This document shows positions 23,376 through 24,690 of a stretch of DNA of 24,690 bases, piece by piece. The notes below the pieces were generated by a model. The model did no database searches. It was not told where the DNA came from and was given only the letters and a program-made list of their open reading frames with translations. Both the position numbers and the translations under genes were made by a program. The stretch's first letter is position 1, and every line of letters starts with the position of its first letter. Source of the DNA: a virus (Duplodnaviria > Caudoviricetes). The stretch spans positions 1-24,690 of IMG/VR virus record IMGVR_UViG_3300005764_000083. One strand, given 5' to 3'.

Positions 23376-24574
23376 GCCCGCCCCCGCCGGCCCGTGGTTG
23401 CAGGGTTGGTTGCAGGGGCCGCGTCGTCGAGCGCGGCGACGCCGGCCCGGTCCTCAAGCGGGAGCCCGGAGCCGTAGAGGTCGACGGTCGTCGCGACGCT
23501 CGCGTGCCCCATTTGCCGTTGCACGTAGACAGGCGACTTGCCCGCGGCAATGAGCTGCGAGCCAAACGTGTGCCGGAGGTCGTGCGGTCCGAGGCCGCGC
23601 CCCAGCCCGGCGTGCCCGGCGAGCCGAGCGAGGGCGCGGCGCACGTTCCGCCCGTCGAGCATCGTCCCCGCCTCCGAGGGGAATAGCCACTCGACGACCG
23701 GCGCCCCGTCCTCGAGGCGCACGACCTTGACGAGCCCGGCACTATGGGCGTCGAGGATGGCGGCGAGCTGGGGCGAGACGTCGACGACGCGGGCGCCGTG
23801 TTTCGGCTCCTCCTCGCGCTTGTGTGTGGCGTTCCATGCCCGCTCGACCCGGAGCGTGCGCGCGGTCGGGTTGTAGTCCCCGAGGCGCAGCATGAGCGCC
23901 TCGCCGAGCCGCACGCCGGTCCGGGCGAGGAGGAGCACGAGCGGATACCATGCGGCCTCGGCGGTGCGGCAATGCTCGAGGAGTCGCCGCGTTTGCTCCC
24001 GGTCGAGGGCCCGTTTGAGAATGGCCGCAAGCCGCGCCTTTTTGCTTGGGTGCAAGTGCAAGACTTTGCCGAGCCGGGCGGCGGGATTGTCGGCTCGCAA
24101 ACCGTCCTCGATTGCGGCGTTGAGCATGGCGCGCACCGTCGCATACACCGCGTAAATCGAGCCGGTCGCGAGGGGCCGCGGGGCCCGGTTGCGGGTCGGG
24201 TCGCCGACGCCGCGCTTGCGGCATTGCACGAGAAAGGCGCGCAGCTCGGGCCGCGTGAGCTCGGCAACCGGCCGACCCCCGAGCCGCGGCCGAATGTAGC
24301 GCGCGAATTGCTGTGCGTAGCTCGCGAGCGACCGCGCCTTAACGGCGCCCTCGAGTGCCTCGAGCCAGTGCGCCCCGTACACGGCGACCGTGCTCGACGG
24401 GTCGACGAGCGGCACGAGGCCGCGGGCCGCGCGGAGCCGCCGACCGTGCGTCTCAAGCCACGCGGTGGCCTCGCGGTGCGTCTTGAACGCCGGATATTTC
24501 TGGCGGCCGTCGGCGTCGCGGTACTTGACGTAAAATGGCAAGGCGCGCGGCCCTGCCCACTTGCTAACCTTCAT
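23372..24574 (-). CDS. int: Tyrosine integrase
   Basis: N-terminal arm-binding-like YVKYRDADGRQKY. Catalytic RTGVRLGE, K(HG), HDLRH, MGH, DLY. ATG 24574 preferred because it is coupled to the upstream gene (alternative ATG 24619). Confidence 0.95.
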   Translation of the reverse strand: MKVSKWAGPRALPFYVKYRDADGRQKYPAFKTHREATAWLETHGRRLRAARGLVPLVDPSSTVAVYGAHWLEALEGAVKARSLASYAQQFARYIRPRLGGRPVAELTRPELRAFLVQCRKRGVGDPTRNRAPRPLATGSIYAVYATVRAMLNAAIEDGLRADNPAARLGKVLHLHPSKKARLAAILKRALDREQTRRLLEHCRTAEAAWYPLVLLLARTGVRLGEALMLRLGDYNPTARTLRVERAWNATHKREEEPKHGARVVDVSPQLAAILDAHSAGLVKVVRLEDGAPVVEWLFPSEAGTMLDGRNVRRALARLAGHAGLGRGLGPHDLRHTFGSQLIAAGKSPVYVQRQMGHASVATTVDLYGSGLPLEDRAGVAALDDAAPATNPATTGRRGRA

Positions 24575-24690
24575 GCGCCGCCGCCTTTCGGCCGCGGGTC
24601 GCCTTGCGGGTCGGCCCATGCGCCTTGATTAGGAGCCCAAGGCTCGCCGCGGCGAGGGGCGTTACTGCGCGGGCGCCTTGCTCCCAGCGC
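24564..24690 (-). CDS. XRE-family helix-turn-helix protein, C-terminal part (5' partial)
   Basis: Manual translation from 24689 gives RWEQGARAVTPLAAASLGLLIKAHG...HEG*. RWEQG is the typical end of the XRE recognition helix. Not in the ORF track. Confidence 0.6.
   Translation of the reverse strand, partial: RWEQGARAVTPLAAASLGLLIKAHGPTRKATRGRKAAAHEG

Larger units (their letters stand above)
22823..23418. repeat. Three dispersed 42-48 bp direct repeats of the integrase 3' end
   Basis: 22823-22870 TCATGCCCGCCCCCGTCGGCCCTTGGTTGCAGGGATGGTTGCAAGGGG; 23017-23058 TTACGCCCTCGCCCGTCGGCCCTTGGTTGCAGGGTTGGTCAT; 23372-23418 TCATGCCCGCCCCCGCCGGCCCGTGGTTGCAGGGTTGGTTGCAGGGG. Confidence 0.92.
1..24690. mobile_element. 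Temperate podovirus-like bacteriophage genome segment (attP-containing, apparently non-integrated form)
   Basis: Gene order terminase-portal-scaffold-capsid-adaptor-nozzle-fibre-ejection proteins with no tape measure, tube or sheath gene. Converging int/replication operon. No recognisable host housekeeping gene. Confidence 0.93.

Noticed and set aside
22823-23418. CRISPR array
   Set aside because: Only three degenerate repeats, separated by roughly 150-310 bp of coding sequence. No cas genes.

Overview
High-GC temperate podovirus-like phage DNA. The + strand (1-19607) is a tightly coupled morphogenesis operon: terminase C-terminus, portal, small proteins, scaffold, N4-gp56-type major capsid, head-tail adaptor, tail nozzle, tail fibre, two tandem GNAT acetyltransferases and four probable DNA-ejection proteins, one carrying an Amidase_2-like domain. 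The - strand (19513-24690) is a converging early operon: partial XRE-HTH gene, tyrosine integrase, small ORFs, replication initiator, helicase loader-like protein, RuvC-like resolvase, RHH protein and small membrane proteins. The 3' half of a tRNA-Lys(CTT) at 22561-22609 has phage genes and tandem TGCAACCA repeats on both sides, so it looks like an intact attP (non-integrated form). Two things stand out. (1) The first two ejection proteins share a 21-22 aa N-terminal leader (DSRRYHRTRxPxxxRAYG) directly downstream of the two GNATs, suggesting a leader-directed processing/acylation system. (2) The small genes between int and attP are each delimited by copies of the integrase 3' end (arm-site repeat, G-rich RBS, stop/start overlap), resembling a cassette array. 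All product calls are from motifs and gene order; no database searches were run.
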